A stretch of DNA of 26,035 nucleotides from a virus (Duplodnaviria > Caudoviricetes). Shown piece after piece: positions 1 through 8,536 of the stretch; positions within the stretch are counted from its first letter, which is position 1, and each line of letters opens with the position of its first letter. A model generated the notes under the pieces. The model had not been told where the DNA came from. It ran no database searches and saw only the letters and a program-made list of their open reading frames with translations. Location of the stretch: the IMG/VR virus record IMGVR_UViG_3300035493_000067, positions 1 to 26,035 of that record; one strand, 5' to 3'. Position numbers and translations under genes: made by a program.

Positions 1-2
1 CA

Positions 3-185
3 GCGGCAAAACCTTCCGCCTCCAAGGGCTCTGTGCAGACCAAGGGCGGCAACTACCCGGTCTATCCCAAGAAGTCGTCTCAAGCCGCCTCTTTCCGGTC
101 GGCCTTTGCGTCTGCCCGCAAGGCAGGCAAGAAGACCTTCACCTGGGAGGGCCGTCTCTACAACACCAAGCTGAAAGGCGAGTAA
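3..185 (+). CDS. Partial (3' end) basic hypothetical phage protein with an SFxxAFAxARKAGKKTFTWEGRLYNT motif
   Basis: Open frame from base 3 to TAA 183-185 abutting the scaffold ATG; translates AAKPSASKGSVQTKGGNYPVYPKKSSQAASFRSAFASARKAGKKTFTWEGRLYNTKLKGE; phage-like codon usage. Confidence 0.8.
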   Translation, partial: AAKPSASKGSVQTKGGNYPVYPKKSSQAASFRSAFASARKAGKKTFTWEGRLYNTKLKGE

Positions 186-968
186 ATGAGCGACGAGACC
201 GTGATTGTCAGCCAAGAGGCTGAAGACGCAGAAGCTACCCAAGCAGCGCTGGACGCAGCTGAGAAACTGAAGGCAGGCGTTGAGGGCGACGAGCGCCCCG
301 ACTGGTTGCCGGAAGAGTTCGACAGCGTCGATGCGTTTCTGCAGAGCTACAACGAACTGAAGCAAGGCCAGTCAGCCGATGAAGACGACGCCGAGGGCGA
401 CGACTCCGCTGATGGGACCGAAGAGCAGGATGACGAGCAGGAAGACTCCAGCCAAGAGGACTCCGACGGCATCGACTTCGACTCCCTGACCGAAGAGTAC
501 GTCGAGACTGGCACCCTGAGCGAAGAAACCATCGACAAACTGGTTGAGCAAGGCATCCCGCGTGAAGTCGTCCAGATCCATCTGGATGGCCTGAACGCCC
601 AAGCCGAACTGACCCGCTACCGTGCTGCCGAGCGTTTCGGTGGTGAAGAACAGCTCCAAGCCGTCCTGCAATGGGCCGGTCAGAGCCTGTCCGAAACCGA
701 AATCGACCGCATCAACGGTCTGGTCGCGGCGGGCGACTTCGAGGGTTACCTGTTGGCCATGGAAGGAGTGAAGGCGCGCTACGAGGCGAACTTCGGCTCC
801 ATCGCACCGCAATCCATCCAAGGCATAACCACCCCGGTCGCTGACCTCTACGAATCAGCAGAAGAGATGAAGGCCGACATGCGCGACCCGCGTTACGCGA
901 AGGATGAAGCCTTCCGTTCCCGCGTGGCCGCCAAGCTGGCTCGCACTCGCCGCGCTGGCATCCTGTAA
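186..968 (+). CDS. Capsid assembly scaffolding protein (T7 gp9-like)
   Basis: Very acidic 260 aa, RPDWLPEEF and C-terminal DMRDPRY..D.AFR..V..KL motifs typical of T7-like scaffolds; lies directly upstream of the capsid gene. Confidence 0.9.
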   Translation: MSDETVIVSQEAEDAEATQAALDAAEKLKAGVEGDERPDWLPEEFDSVDAFLQSYNELKQGQSADEDDAEGDDSADGTEEQDDEQEDSSQEDSDGIDFDSLTEEYVETGTLSEETIDKLVEQGIPREVVQIHLDGLNAQAELTRYRAAERFGGEEQLQAVLQWAGQSLSETEIDRINGLVAAGDFEGYLLAMEGVKARYEANFGSIAPQSIQGITTPVADLYESAEEMKADMRDPRYAKDEAFRSRVAAKLARTRRAGIL

Positions 969-1236
969 GGCCTCATCTCCCTAGTAAGGAGGTGGTCCTC
1001 ATATCTCCGGGTGCAGCTACGGATACTGCACAGGCGTCGCAAGGCCCGATGTGAATCGCCCTGACGCCAATCCTCCCTCCCAAGCAATACACCCGTCAGG
1101 CCTCTGGCGCGGCGTTTCCCCCGTCCGCCACTAAGCGCCACGCCCAAATCGCACGGGTTTTTCCCTTCCCTCCCGCCCTCCTTTTCTCGCACTGGCAGCA
1201 GCCGGTGGGGGAGGGCTTTGTTCGCAAGGAACATCC
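969..1236 (+). promoter_or_regulatory. Structured non-coding leader of the capsid gene
   Basis: 268-bp gap without a credible ORF; several stems (CATCTCC/GGAGGTG, GTGCAG/CTGCAC, GGCGTC/GACGCC enclosing CGAT-GTGA-ATCG, TGGCGC/GCGCCA, GCCCTCC/GGAGGGC). Confidence 0.5.
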
Positions 1237-2250
1237 ATGGCTTTTCCGCAAAACCAAAACGTCTCCTTCCTGGGCCAGCAGAACCTGAGCGGTGACCAGC
1301 GCGCCCTGTTCATGGACCTGTTCGCTGGTGAGGTCATCACCCAGTTCGAGCAGAAGAACCTGATGATGGACAAGCATCGGGTCAAGACCATCAAGAACGG
1401 TCGCTCGTATGAGTTCCCGATGGTCGGTACGACTGGTGCGAAGTACCACGTTCCGGGTGAGATGATCCAGGCCGACAAGCTGGCTCACTCGAAGCGTCGG
1501 GTGACCATCGATGAGCTGCTCATCAGCCCGGTGTTCATCGACCGTCTCGACGAAGCGATGAACCACTTCGATGTGCGCTCGATCTACACCAAGGAGTGCG
1601 CGAACGCTCTGTCGAATGTGGCAGACCGCAACATCCTGCGCACCGCCGTGAAGGCATCCTTCATCACCGACGAAGCCGCTGCTACCGCCGCTGGCCTGAA
1701 CCCGGTGAATGGCGAAACCTTCACCGCCAACGTCACTCTCGGCGCTGCCGGTGACGAGCTGAAGGGCGATGCCCTGGTTCGCGCTCTCTTCAAGGCCCGT
1801 GAAGAGTTCGACAAGAAGGACGTGACTGGCGAGCCGTTCGTCATCCTGCGTCCCGAGCAGTACTACAGCCTGTTCAACACCACCGACACCTCCAAGCTGT
1901 TCTACATGAACAAGGACGTCGGCGGCGTAGGCTCGATTGCCACCGCTTCCATCCCGATGGTTGCCGGCATGAAGGTCTACATGAGCAACCACCTGCCGAA
2001 CGCCAACGAGTCCACCGCACTGGCGGGTGACCCGGAGTCGGCTGTTCGTCCCGGTGCCTACCGTGGCGACTTCTCCAAGGTGGTTGGTCTGGTGATGACC
2101 GAAGAGGCCATCGCAACTGTGAAGCTGTTCGACCTGGCTACCGAAATGGAGTACCAGATCGAGCGTCAGGGCACCCTGATCGTGGCGAAGTACGCCATGG
2201 GCCACAACATCCTGCGTCCGGCCTGCGCCATCTCCATCCTGAAAGTCTAA
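1237..2250 (+). CDS. Major capsid protein (T7 gp10-like)
   Basis: 337 aa; ALFMDLFAGEV, TIKNGRSYEFP..G, VTIDELL, FDVRS.Y..E...AL and YAMGH..LRP..A motifs of T7-like capsids; AAGGA RBS. Confidence 0.96.
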   Translation: MAFPQNQNVSFLGQQNLSGDQRALFMDLFAGEVITQFEQKNLMMDKHRVKTIKNGRSYEFPMVGTTGAKYHVPGEMIQADKLAHSKRRVTIDELLISPVFIDRLDEAMNHFDVRSIYTKECANALSNVADRNILRTAVKASFITDEAAATAAGLNPVNGETFTANVTLGAAGDELKGDALVRALFKAREEFDKKDVTGEPFVILRPEQYYSLFNTTDTSKLFYMNKDVGGVGSIATASIPMVAGMKVYMSNHLPNANESTALAGDPESAVRPGAYRGDFSKVVGLVMTEEAIATVKLFDLATEMEYQIERQGTLIVAKYAMGHNILRPACAISILKV

Positions 2251-2255
2251 CCAAT

Positions 2256-2291
2256 AGGGGGGTCGTCTATTTGACGGCTCCCCTTTTTTTT
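2256..2291 (+). terminator. Intrinsic terminator after the capsid gene (T-phi position)
   Basis: AGGGGGGTCGTC-TATTT-GACGGCTCCCCT stem followed by a T run. Confidence 0.85.
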
Positions 2292-2302
2292 CGGTACGAA
2301 CA

Positions 2303-2875
2303 ATGCCTCTGACCACCAAGATCGATGCGGTCAATGAGGTGCTGGCCGGTATCGGAGAGTCCCCCGTATCAAGCCTGAGCAGCGGCTTCGTGACTGCCTC
2401 GATGGCAGCCTCGCGGATCGACACGGTATCCCGTGAGGTTCAGGAGTACGGCTGGTACTTCAACACCGACACCCGGATGCGACTGGCCCCCGACACCGAG
2501 GGGAACATCAGGCTGCCCGCCAACACCCTTCGAGTGGACGGCAGCGACATCCGCCTGGGAACCCTGGTTCAGCGCGGCCTGCGCCTGTACGACAACCTCA
2601 ACCACACCTACACCTTCAAGGTCGCAGTCGAAGTCGACCTCGTTGTAGAGCTTCCTTTCGAGGAGCTGCCCGAGGCAGCAAAGCGGTACATCACGCTCCG
2701 CGCCAAGCGTCTCTTCCAGGACGACCTCTTGGGTGCCGTCGAACTCCACCAAGCTCAAACCCCTGACGAAATCGCTGCGCTGCAGACCCTCAAGCAGATG
2801 GACAGCGAGGTAGGGGACTACAACATCTTCGACAACTACGACCTTGCTGACTGGATTCGACGGGACATCTACTGA
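2303..2875 (+). CDS. Tail tubular protein A / adaptor (T7 gp11-like)
   Basis: 190 aa; DAVN..LA.IGESPV and VQ..GWYFN motifs, F.ELPE.A..YI..RA; position after capsid. Confidence 0.93.
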   Translation: MPLTTKIDAVNEVLAGIGESPVSSLSSGFVTASMAASRIDTVSREVQEYGWYFNTDTRMRLAPDTEGNIRLPANTLRVDGSDIRLGTLVQRGLRLYDNLNHTYTFKVAVEVDLVVELPFEELPEAAKRYITLRAKRLFQDDLLGAVELHQAQTPDEIAALQTLKQMDSEVGDYNIFDNYDLADWIRRDIY

Positions 2876-5646
2876 TGAGCCTAATCAGCAAGACCATCCC
2901 GAACCTCATCAACGGCGTCTCCCAGCAGCCCACAGAGGTTCGTCTTCCCTCCCAATGTGACGAGCAGGTCAACTTCCTGTCATCTGTCGTTGACGGCCTG
3001 AAGCGTCGTCCTGGGACCAAACATCTGGCGAAGCTCCTCGACTCACCGAGCACGGGGGCCTTCGTCCATATCATCAACCGCGACCGCTTCGAGAAGTACG
3101 TCGTAGTGGTCATGGGCGGTAACATCCGCGTCTTCGACTTCGAGGGCAACGAGCGGACGGTCAACAAGCCCAACGGGGTCGGCTACCTGACGGCCCTGAA
3201 CCCCTCAAAGTCCATCCGTGCGGTCACGGTGGCCGACTACACCTTCATCGTGAACCGAGAGCGCATCACTCGCGCCTACGACCCTAGCGCCGGCCTGACC
3301 CTGAACCCTGTCACGCAGAAGTTCCAGACGCTGCGCTTCAACTCGCTCTCCAAGGGGCGCGTCGACAAGTACTTCGAGGACACGAACAAGTGGCAGAGCT
3401 GCTGGGGACGCTACTCGGTGACCATCGCCGGGAAGACCTACAGCCAATCCTCCGAGTATGGGGTCGGCTCCTTCGCTGCCTACCTTGCGGCGAAGCTGAC
3501 GCAAGACCTCGGTCGCCCGGTGGTAGCCAACGGGGTCGAGGTGGACATCCCCCTGACCGGCTCGGAAACCGGCTGGACCGTCAAGGACAACTCCGGTAAC
3601 GGCTCTCCGGTCATCTACTGCACCCGTTGGGAACCCACCCACGACGAGATGGGCACCTTCGAGTGTCGCTCTTGGCAGATGGCCTGTGAAATCGCCCCAG
3701 AGTCTGTCCTGACGTCGGTCGTGCAGAACAAGGTCATCGGCTACGCATCGGCCAACGGCGACCTCGTCCCGGCTGCCGAAGTGACCAACAAGGAAGGCAT
3801 CGTCCACATTCGCCTCGGCGACTACGGGACGACCTACAAGATTCTGGTCAACAACTCGGTGAATGCCTCGTTCACCACCTCAACGACAGACCGCTCCACC
3901 ATCGGCACCGACAACATCGCCACCCAGCTGTACAACCAGCTCGCATCGGCTGGCCTGAGCAACATCGCGGTCAGCGTCAAAGGCAACGCGATTCTGCTGC
4001 GCGCCACCAACGCCACCACAGACTTCACCCTAACGGTACAGGACTCCAACGGCAACAAGTCCATCGTGGCTTGCAAGGGCAGGGTGCAGCAGTTCACCGA
4101 TCTGCCGGCTGTCGGCTTCGAGGGCTTCACGATCCGCGTGGCTGGCCAAGACGGCGTCGAGGCGGACGACTATTACGTCCAGTACAGCGAGACGACCGAC
4201 GGCGAGAAGACTTCCGGTTCCTGGAAGGAGGTCGCCAAGAAGGGCCTGCGCACGCGCCCGTCGCCCGACACCATGCCGCACCGGCTGGTATCCAACGCCG
4301 ACGGCACCTTCACCTTCGAGCGGATCGAATGGGATGGCCGGGTAGCAGGCGACGAGACGTCGGCCCCTGAGCCTAGCTTCATCAACAAGGCCATCAGCGA
4401 CGTCTTCTTCTTCAAGAACCGCTTGGGCTTCCTCGCCGACGAGAACGTGGTCTTCAGTGAGTCTGGCAGCTACTACAACTTCTACCCGACGACCGTCATC
4501 CAGTCCATCGACACGCACCCCATCGACGTCGCGGTGACCAACGACAAGGTCTCGATCCTGCGCCATGCAGTGCCCTTCAACGAGACGCTGCTGCTGTTCT
4601 CGGACCAGACCCAGTTCATCGTCCGGGGATCTGATCGGCTCACCAAGGAAACCATCAACATCGACGTCACGACCCGCTTCGAGGCGTCTCTGGATGCGAA
4701 GCCTGTGGGAGCTGGTAAGAACGTGTTCTTCGGTGTCCGCCGTGGGGCATACGCCAGCGTGCGCGAGTACTACGTCGACCCCGACGCCAAGGTCAACGAC
4801 GCTGCTGACATCGCCAGCCACTGCCCGGATTACATCTATGGCAGCGTGGTGCAGCTGGCTGCGTCATCCAACGAAGACTTGGTGCTGGTCCTGACAGACG
4901 CCGACCCGAGCACCCTCTACACCTACAAGTACTACTGGCAGGGCAACGAGAAGGTGCAGTCCAGCTGGTCGAAGTGGCAGTTCGGTGGGGTCATCCTCGG
5001 GTTCAACTTCGAGAGTTCCGATCTGGCGCTGGTCATCGCAAGAGGCAATCAGGTGTTCCTGGAGCGAGTGACCCTTGCCAAGGATGACGAAGCCGAAATG
5101 CGAGGCTTCAAGACCGATTTCGTGCTGGACCGCCTGTGCTACCTCGATGCCGGCCAAGCAGCTCCATGGAGCGATGAGGACATGGTTGCCGTCGATGCCA
5201 AAGGCAACGTCTACAGCGGCGAAACCCTCTCCAAGGTCTTGGTCAACGGTACGGCCAACACCAAGCTGTGCGTCGGCAAGCGCTTCAACAGCTACTACCA
5301 GTTCAGCAAGCTGGTCCTCACCGACTCGGACACCCGAGTGGCCCCCTTGGCTGGCCGGCTCCAGCTGCGCTTCATGACCCTCAACTACGTCGATACGGGC
5401 TACTTCAAGGTCGGCGTCCGGGCATCGACAAGGCCTGACGCGACTGCCGAGTACAACGGACGACGGATCGGCGGGGCTGCCAACATCCTGGGCGAAATCC
5501 CGATTGACGATGGCCGCTACCGCTTCCCGGTTCTCGGGGTGGCGAAGGACACGACCATCTGGATCGAGAGCGACTCGCACCTTCCTTGCGCCTTCCTCTC
5601 TGCCGAGTGGGAGGGGCTCTACCAACGTCACTCGCGGAGGTACTGA
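2875..5646 (+). CDS. Tail tubular protein B / nozzle (T7 gp12-like) with internal insertion
   Basis: 923 aa; N-terminal IPNLINGVSQQP, GLKRRPG, TVADYTFIVN, MPH.L, PSF....I.D.FFFKNRLGFL, Q.SWSKW motifs. Confidence 0.95.
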   Translation: MSLISKTIPNLINGVSQQPTEVRLPSQCDEQVNFLSSVVDGLKRRPGTKHLAKLLDSPSTGAFVHIINRDRFEKYVVVVMGGNIRVFDFEGNERTVNKPNGVGYLTALNPSKSIRAVTVADYTFIVNRERITRAYDPSAGLTLNPVTQKFQTLRFNSLSKGRVDKYFEDTNKWQSCWGRYSVTIAGKTYSQSSEYGVGSFAAYLAAKLTQDLGRPVVANGVEVDIPLTGSETGWTVKDNSGNGSPVIYCTRWEPTHDEMGTFECRSWQMACEIAPESVLTSVVQNKVIGYASANGDLVPAAEVTNKEGIVHIRLGDYGTTYKILVNNSVNASFTTSTTDRSTIGTDNIATQLYNQLASAGLSNIAVSVKGNAILLRATNATTDFTLTVQDSNGNKSIVACKGRVQQFTDLPAVGFEGFTIRVAGQDGVEADDYYVQYSETTDGEKTSGSWKEVAKKGLRTRPSPDTMPHRLVSNADGTFTFERIEWDGRVAGDETSAPEPSFINKAISDVFFFKNRLGFLADENVVFSESGSYYNFYPTTVIQSIDTHPIDVAVTNDKVSILRHAVPFNETLLLFSDQTQFIVRGSDRLTKETINIDVTTRFEASLDAKPVGAGKNVFFGVRRGAYASVREYYVDPDAKVNDAADIASHCPDYIYGSVVQLAASSNEDLVLVLTDADPSTLYTYKYYWQGNEKVQSSWSKWQFGGVILGFNFESSDLALVIARGNQVFLERVTLAKDDEAEMRGFKTDFVLDRLCYLDAGQAAPWSDEDMVAVDAKGNVYSGETLSKVLVNGTANTKLCVGKRFNSYYQFSKLVLTDSDTRVAPLAGRLQLRFMTLNYVDTGYFKVGVRASTRPDATAEYNGRRIGGAANILGEIPIDDGRYRFPVLGVAKDTTIWIESDSHLPCAFLSAEWEGLYQRHSRRY

Positions 5647-6080
5647 TGATCCGCCAAGCGACGATTGAGGACGTCTTCTCTCTGGCTCCCCGGCTGCGCT
5701 CTGCAGACCGGGTGGAGCTGGCGGCTCAAGGCTATTCGGACCCAGAGGTTGCCCTTGCCGACTCCATCGTGCTCAGCGAGGAGTCTTGGGCGTTCGACCA
5801 CAACGGGCAGGTGCAGGCGGTCGGCGGGGTAGTAGCGGCTGAGTGCGGAGTGCCCTGGATGTTGGGTAGCGACGAGCTGTTCAACCACCGCAAGGCGCTC
5901 CTGACCGTTCCTTCCAACTACGTCTCCCGCTGGCTGGAGCGGTTCGGGTTGCTGATGAACATGGTCCACGCAGAAAACCACCAAAGCATCCGGTGGCTGC
6001 GCCGGATCGGGTTCACCATCCACCCGGCTGTGCCGTTCGGTAGCGGGCTATTCCATCCTTTCACCATGAGGAAATCCTGA
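5646..6080 (+). CDS. Internal virion/assembly protein (T7 gp13-like, GNAT-like fold)
   Basis: ATG overlapping the gp12 stop (TGATG); LR..D..E, PWMLGS, N.V...N..SIRWL..IGF motifs; synteny. Confidence 0.82.
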   Translation: MIRQATIEDVFSLAPRLRSADRVELAAQGYSDPEVALADSIVLSEESWAFDHNGQVQAVGGVVAAECGVPWMLGSDELFNHRKALLTVPSNYVSRWLERFGLLMNMVHAENHQSIRWLRRIGFTIHPAVPFGSGLFHPFTMRKS

Positions 6081-6646
6081 TGTGTGGACCCGCAGTCATT
6101 CCTGCCGTCATTGCGGCGGCGTCTACTGCCTACGCCATCCAAGAGCAGAACACCCAAGCCAACTACATGGCTGCGGTGGAAAAGCAGAATGCTGAACGCA
6201 GCAACCAAGCCCTGATGGACAACTACCGGCTGCAGAGCCACCAGCTGAATCTGCAGCAACTCCAAGAGAACGAAGCGACGGCTCTGGAGAAGCACAAGCA
6301 GAAGCTGGCGGTGCAGAAGGAAGTCGCTTCCCAGCGCGTTGCCGCAGGCGAAGCCGGCCTGTCTGGGCTGTCCATCGATTCCATCTTTGCGGACATCATC
6401 CGCGAGGGCGCAAACAACATGACGACCCTCGACCGCAACCTGCAGGATTCCAACGACCAACGCGCCGTTGAGATGAAGACCCTGCAGAACAACACCTCGG
6501 CTGGTCTCCAATCCCCCTCGTTCTACAAAGGAAGCAACAACATGCTGAGCGCCGGCCTCCAGATCGGTTCTGCTGCCGCTGGTTCGTACAGCGCTGCCGG
6601 TGGCGAGTGGAAGAACCCCTTCAGCAAGGCCAAGACCTGGAGCTGA
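6080..6646 (+). CDS. Internal virion protein B (T7 gp14-like ejection protein)
   Basis: 188 aa starting MC.P, Ala/Gln-rich helical, AAGEAGLSG.S motif; synteny. Confidence 0.8.
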   Translation: MCGPAVIPAVIAAASTAYAIQEQNTQANYMAAVEKQNAERSNQALMDNYRLQSHQLNLQQLQENEATALEKHKQKLAVQKEVASQRVAAGEAGLSGLSIDSIFADIIREGANNMTTLDRNLQDSNDQRAVEMKTLQNNTSAGLQSPSFYKGSNNMLSAGLQIGSAAAGSYSAAGGEWKNPFSKAKTWS

Positions 6647-6649
6647 TCC

Positions 6650-8536
6650 ATGAGACAAGCACCTCAATCTCTCGGACAGGTTCAACGCCAAGTCACAGCG
6701 CGCCCCGTGCAACAGCTCCAGGCCTACCAACAGCAAGTCACCTTCGACCCCAACTCCGACAGGCTCGCCAAGGGCCTGCTCCAGTTCACCGACACCCTCA
6801 CAGGCGTCGTGAAGAAGCAACGAGATGAGGAGCTGGACGCACAAGCCGCCACCGCTGACATCGGCATGAGCGGCTACCAGCAGGCGATGAAGGGCGTGAT
6901 TGACGCCGACCCGGAACTCTTCGAGCGTCCTGACGAACTCTCCAAGATCGACCAGGAGATGCGCCAGAAGTACCTCGGATCGGTCACCGACGAGCGCATC
7001 CTCTCGCGTGCAAACCAGCGCATCGACACATGGCTGTCTACCGAGACGAGCACCTACCAGTACGCCAAGGCGGACAAGCAGCGCCTTGAGCTGGGCTCCA
7101 AGGCCCTACAGCTCACGGTCTCCAAGATCGAGGAGCAGGTGGCCCAAGGCGCTGACCGCCAGCAAGCCATCACCGCCATCAAGGGCATGGTCAAGCACCT
7201 GCAGGACAGTCCTTCCTTCCGGTTCTCCAAGGAGCGCACCGAGGACGTCATCAAGGAGCTGCAGGAGCTGGGCCTTGCCGACGGCAGCCGCTCTGTCCTG
7301 CTGGCCGAGGCCTTCATGGATGACGAGGACGTCTCCATCGACACCCGCGCATGGCTCAAGGCGAAGCACGCCAAGGCCATGGAGCTGACCACCATCGAGA
7401 AGGAGCAACTGCAGCTCGAAGTACTCCGGGACTGGGATGCCCGTATCCAATCAGGGCGGTTGACCTGGGAGTACGGCAGCAAGGCAGTGGCCGCAGGTAG
7501 AGCAACCGCCGAGCAGCTCAACAGCGCCATGAACAAGCAGCGCAAGCGGATGGAGAAGCTCGCCAAGGAAGCCGAGGAGCGTGCTGCGCTCATCAACGGC
7601 GATCTGTCCTACCTGACTACCGCTCAGACCAACAAGCTCATCAAAGGCTTCCGTCAGGAGGCCGAGCAGCAAGGCAAGATGGGGCGGTTCTTCGACTTCC
7701 TGCGCTCCCGAGGGCTCTCCGATCCGGTCACCACGCGCAAGGCTGAGATGGCCTTCGCGGGCGTCACTGCGCCGGTCGATAACGTCAGCCAGATCCCCCC
7801 GGCATTCCGTTCCTTCATGAACGGCGAGGGGGCCTACCTGTTCGGTCGTGGTGAGCTGGGTCAGCACCTGCCTCCCGAGAAGTTGGTCGATGCCTATGAC
7901 TACCTGTACATGACACAACATCTTGGGATGAATGAGGCCGAGGCATACAACCTATTGGTGGCATCGCCTCACGCCAAATACACCGACATCCCTAAGAGCA
8001 TGATGCTCAGGATGAAGGACAGCATCAGGAAAGACCTGGGCCTCTCTGGCGACCAGAACACTGATGCTGTGGACATGGCCATGAGCGTCGCCATGCGGAT
8101 TGCCAAGCACGGCCAGCTCGACCCCGAGGATGCCTTCGACTACGCCCGCAAGCTGGTCAAGGACGCCTATGTCCAGACCGACTACGGCCCTCTGCCCAAG
8201 GCCCGTTTCCTCTCGTACACCAACGAGGAAGGCCTCAACAAACGCCTCGAATGGGCAGCGAAGCAGACCGCCAAGGAGCTGGATATCGACTCCGACGACC
8301 TCCAGGTCATGCACCTGCCAGATGGTCGATTCACCTTCACAACCAAAGGCGGCTACGTCCCCGTGTATTCCAAGTCGTTCAGCCTGATGACTTCCAACCA
8401 AACGGAGGTTGACGGCCAGATGACCGTCGAGGGCGAGCGCCAGGAATCCATTATCGATGAGCAACAACGACTCGCTGCCAAGCGCCTCAAGCGCGACCGT
8501 AGGGCGGCAAGACACGGTATTCGGGAAACTCCTTGA
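6650..8536 (+). CDS. Internal virion protein C (T7 gp15-like ejection protein)
   Basis: 628 aa helical protein between gp14-like and gp16-like genes; assigned mainly by synteny. Confidence 0.65.
   Translation: MRQAPQSLGQVQRQVTARPVQQLQAYQQQVTFDPNSDRLAKGLLQFTDTLTGVVKKQRDEELDAQAATADIGMSGYQQAMKGVIDADPELFERPDELSKIDQEMRQKYLGSVTDERILSRANQRIDTWLSTETSTYQYAKADKQRLELGSKALQLTVSKIEEQVAQGADRQQAITAIKGMVKHLQDSPSFRFSKERTEDVIKELQELGLADGSRSVLLAEAFMDDEDVSIDTRAWLKAKHAKAMELTTIEKEQLQLEVLRDWDARIQSGRLTWEYGSKAVAAGRATAEQLNSAMNKQRKRMEKLAKEAEERAALINGDLSYLTTAQTNKLIKGFRQEAEQQGKMGRFFDFLRSRGLSDPVTTRKAEMAFAGVTAPVDNVSQIPPAFRSFMNGEGAYLFGRGELGQHLPPEKLVDAYDYLYMTQHLGMNEAEAYNLLVASPHAKYTDIPKSMMLRMKDSIRKDLGLSGDQNTDAVDMAMSVAMRIAKHGQLDPEDAFDYARKLVKDAYVQTDYGPLPKARFLSYTNEEGLNKRLEWAAKQTAKELDIDSDDLQVMHLPDGRFTFTTKGGYVPVYSKSFSLMTSNQTEVDGQMTVEGERQESIIDEQQRLAAKRLKRDRRAARHGIRETP

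Noticed and set aside
2200-2300. T7 10A/10B-type capsid frameshift extension
   Set aside because: No clear slippery site near the stop, and a terminator follows within a few bases, leaving no room for an extension.
1096-2424. Long minus-strand ORFs (442 aa here; also 5918-6844, 11466-12944, 18548-19282, 21187-22161)
   Set aside because: Antisense shadows of high-GC3 plus-strand genes, with no RBS or recognisable motifs.
8523-8529. GGGAAAC slippery heptamer giving a gp15-gp16 fusion by -1 frameshift
   Set aside because: gp15 reads CGG GAA ACT, so the heptamer is not in the required X XXY YYZ phase; gp16 is in the +1 frame.
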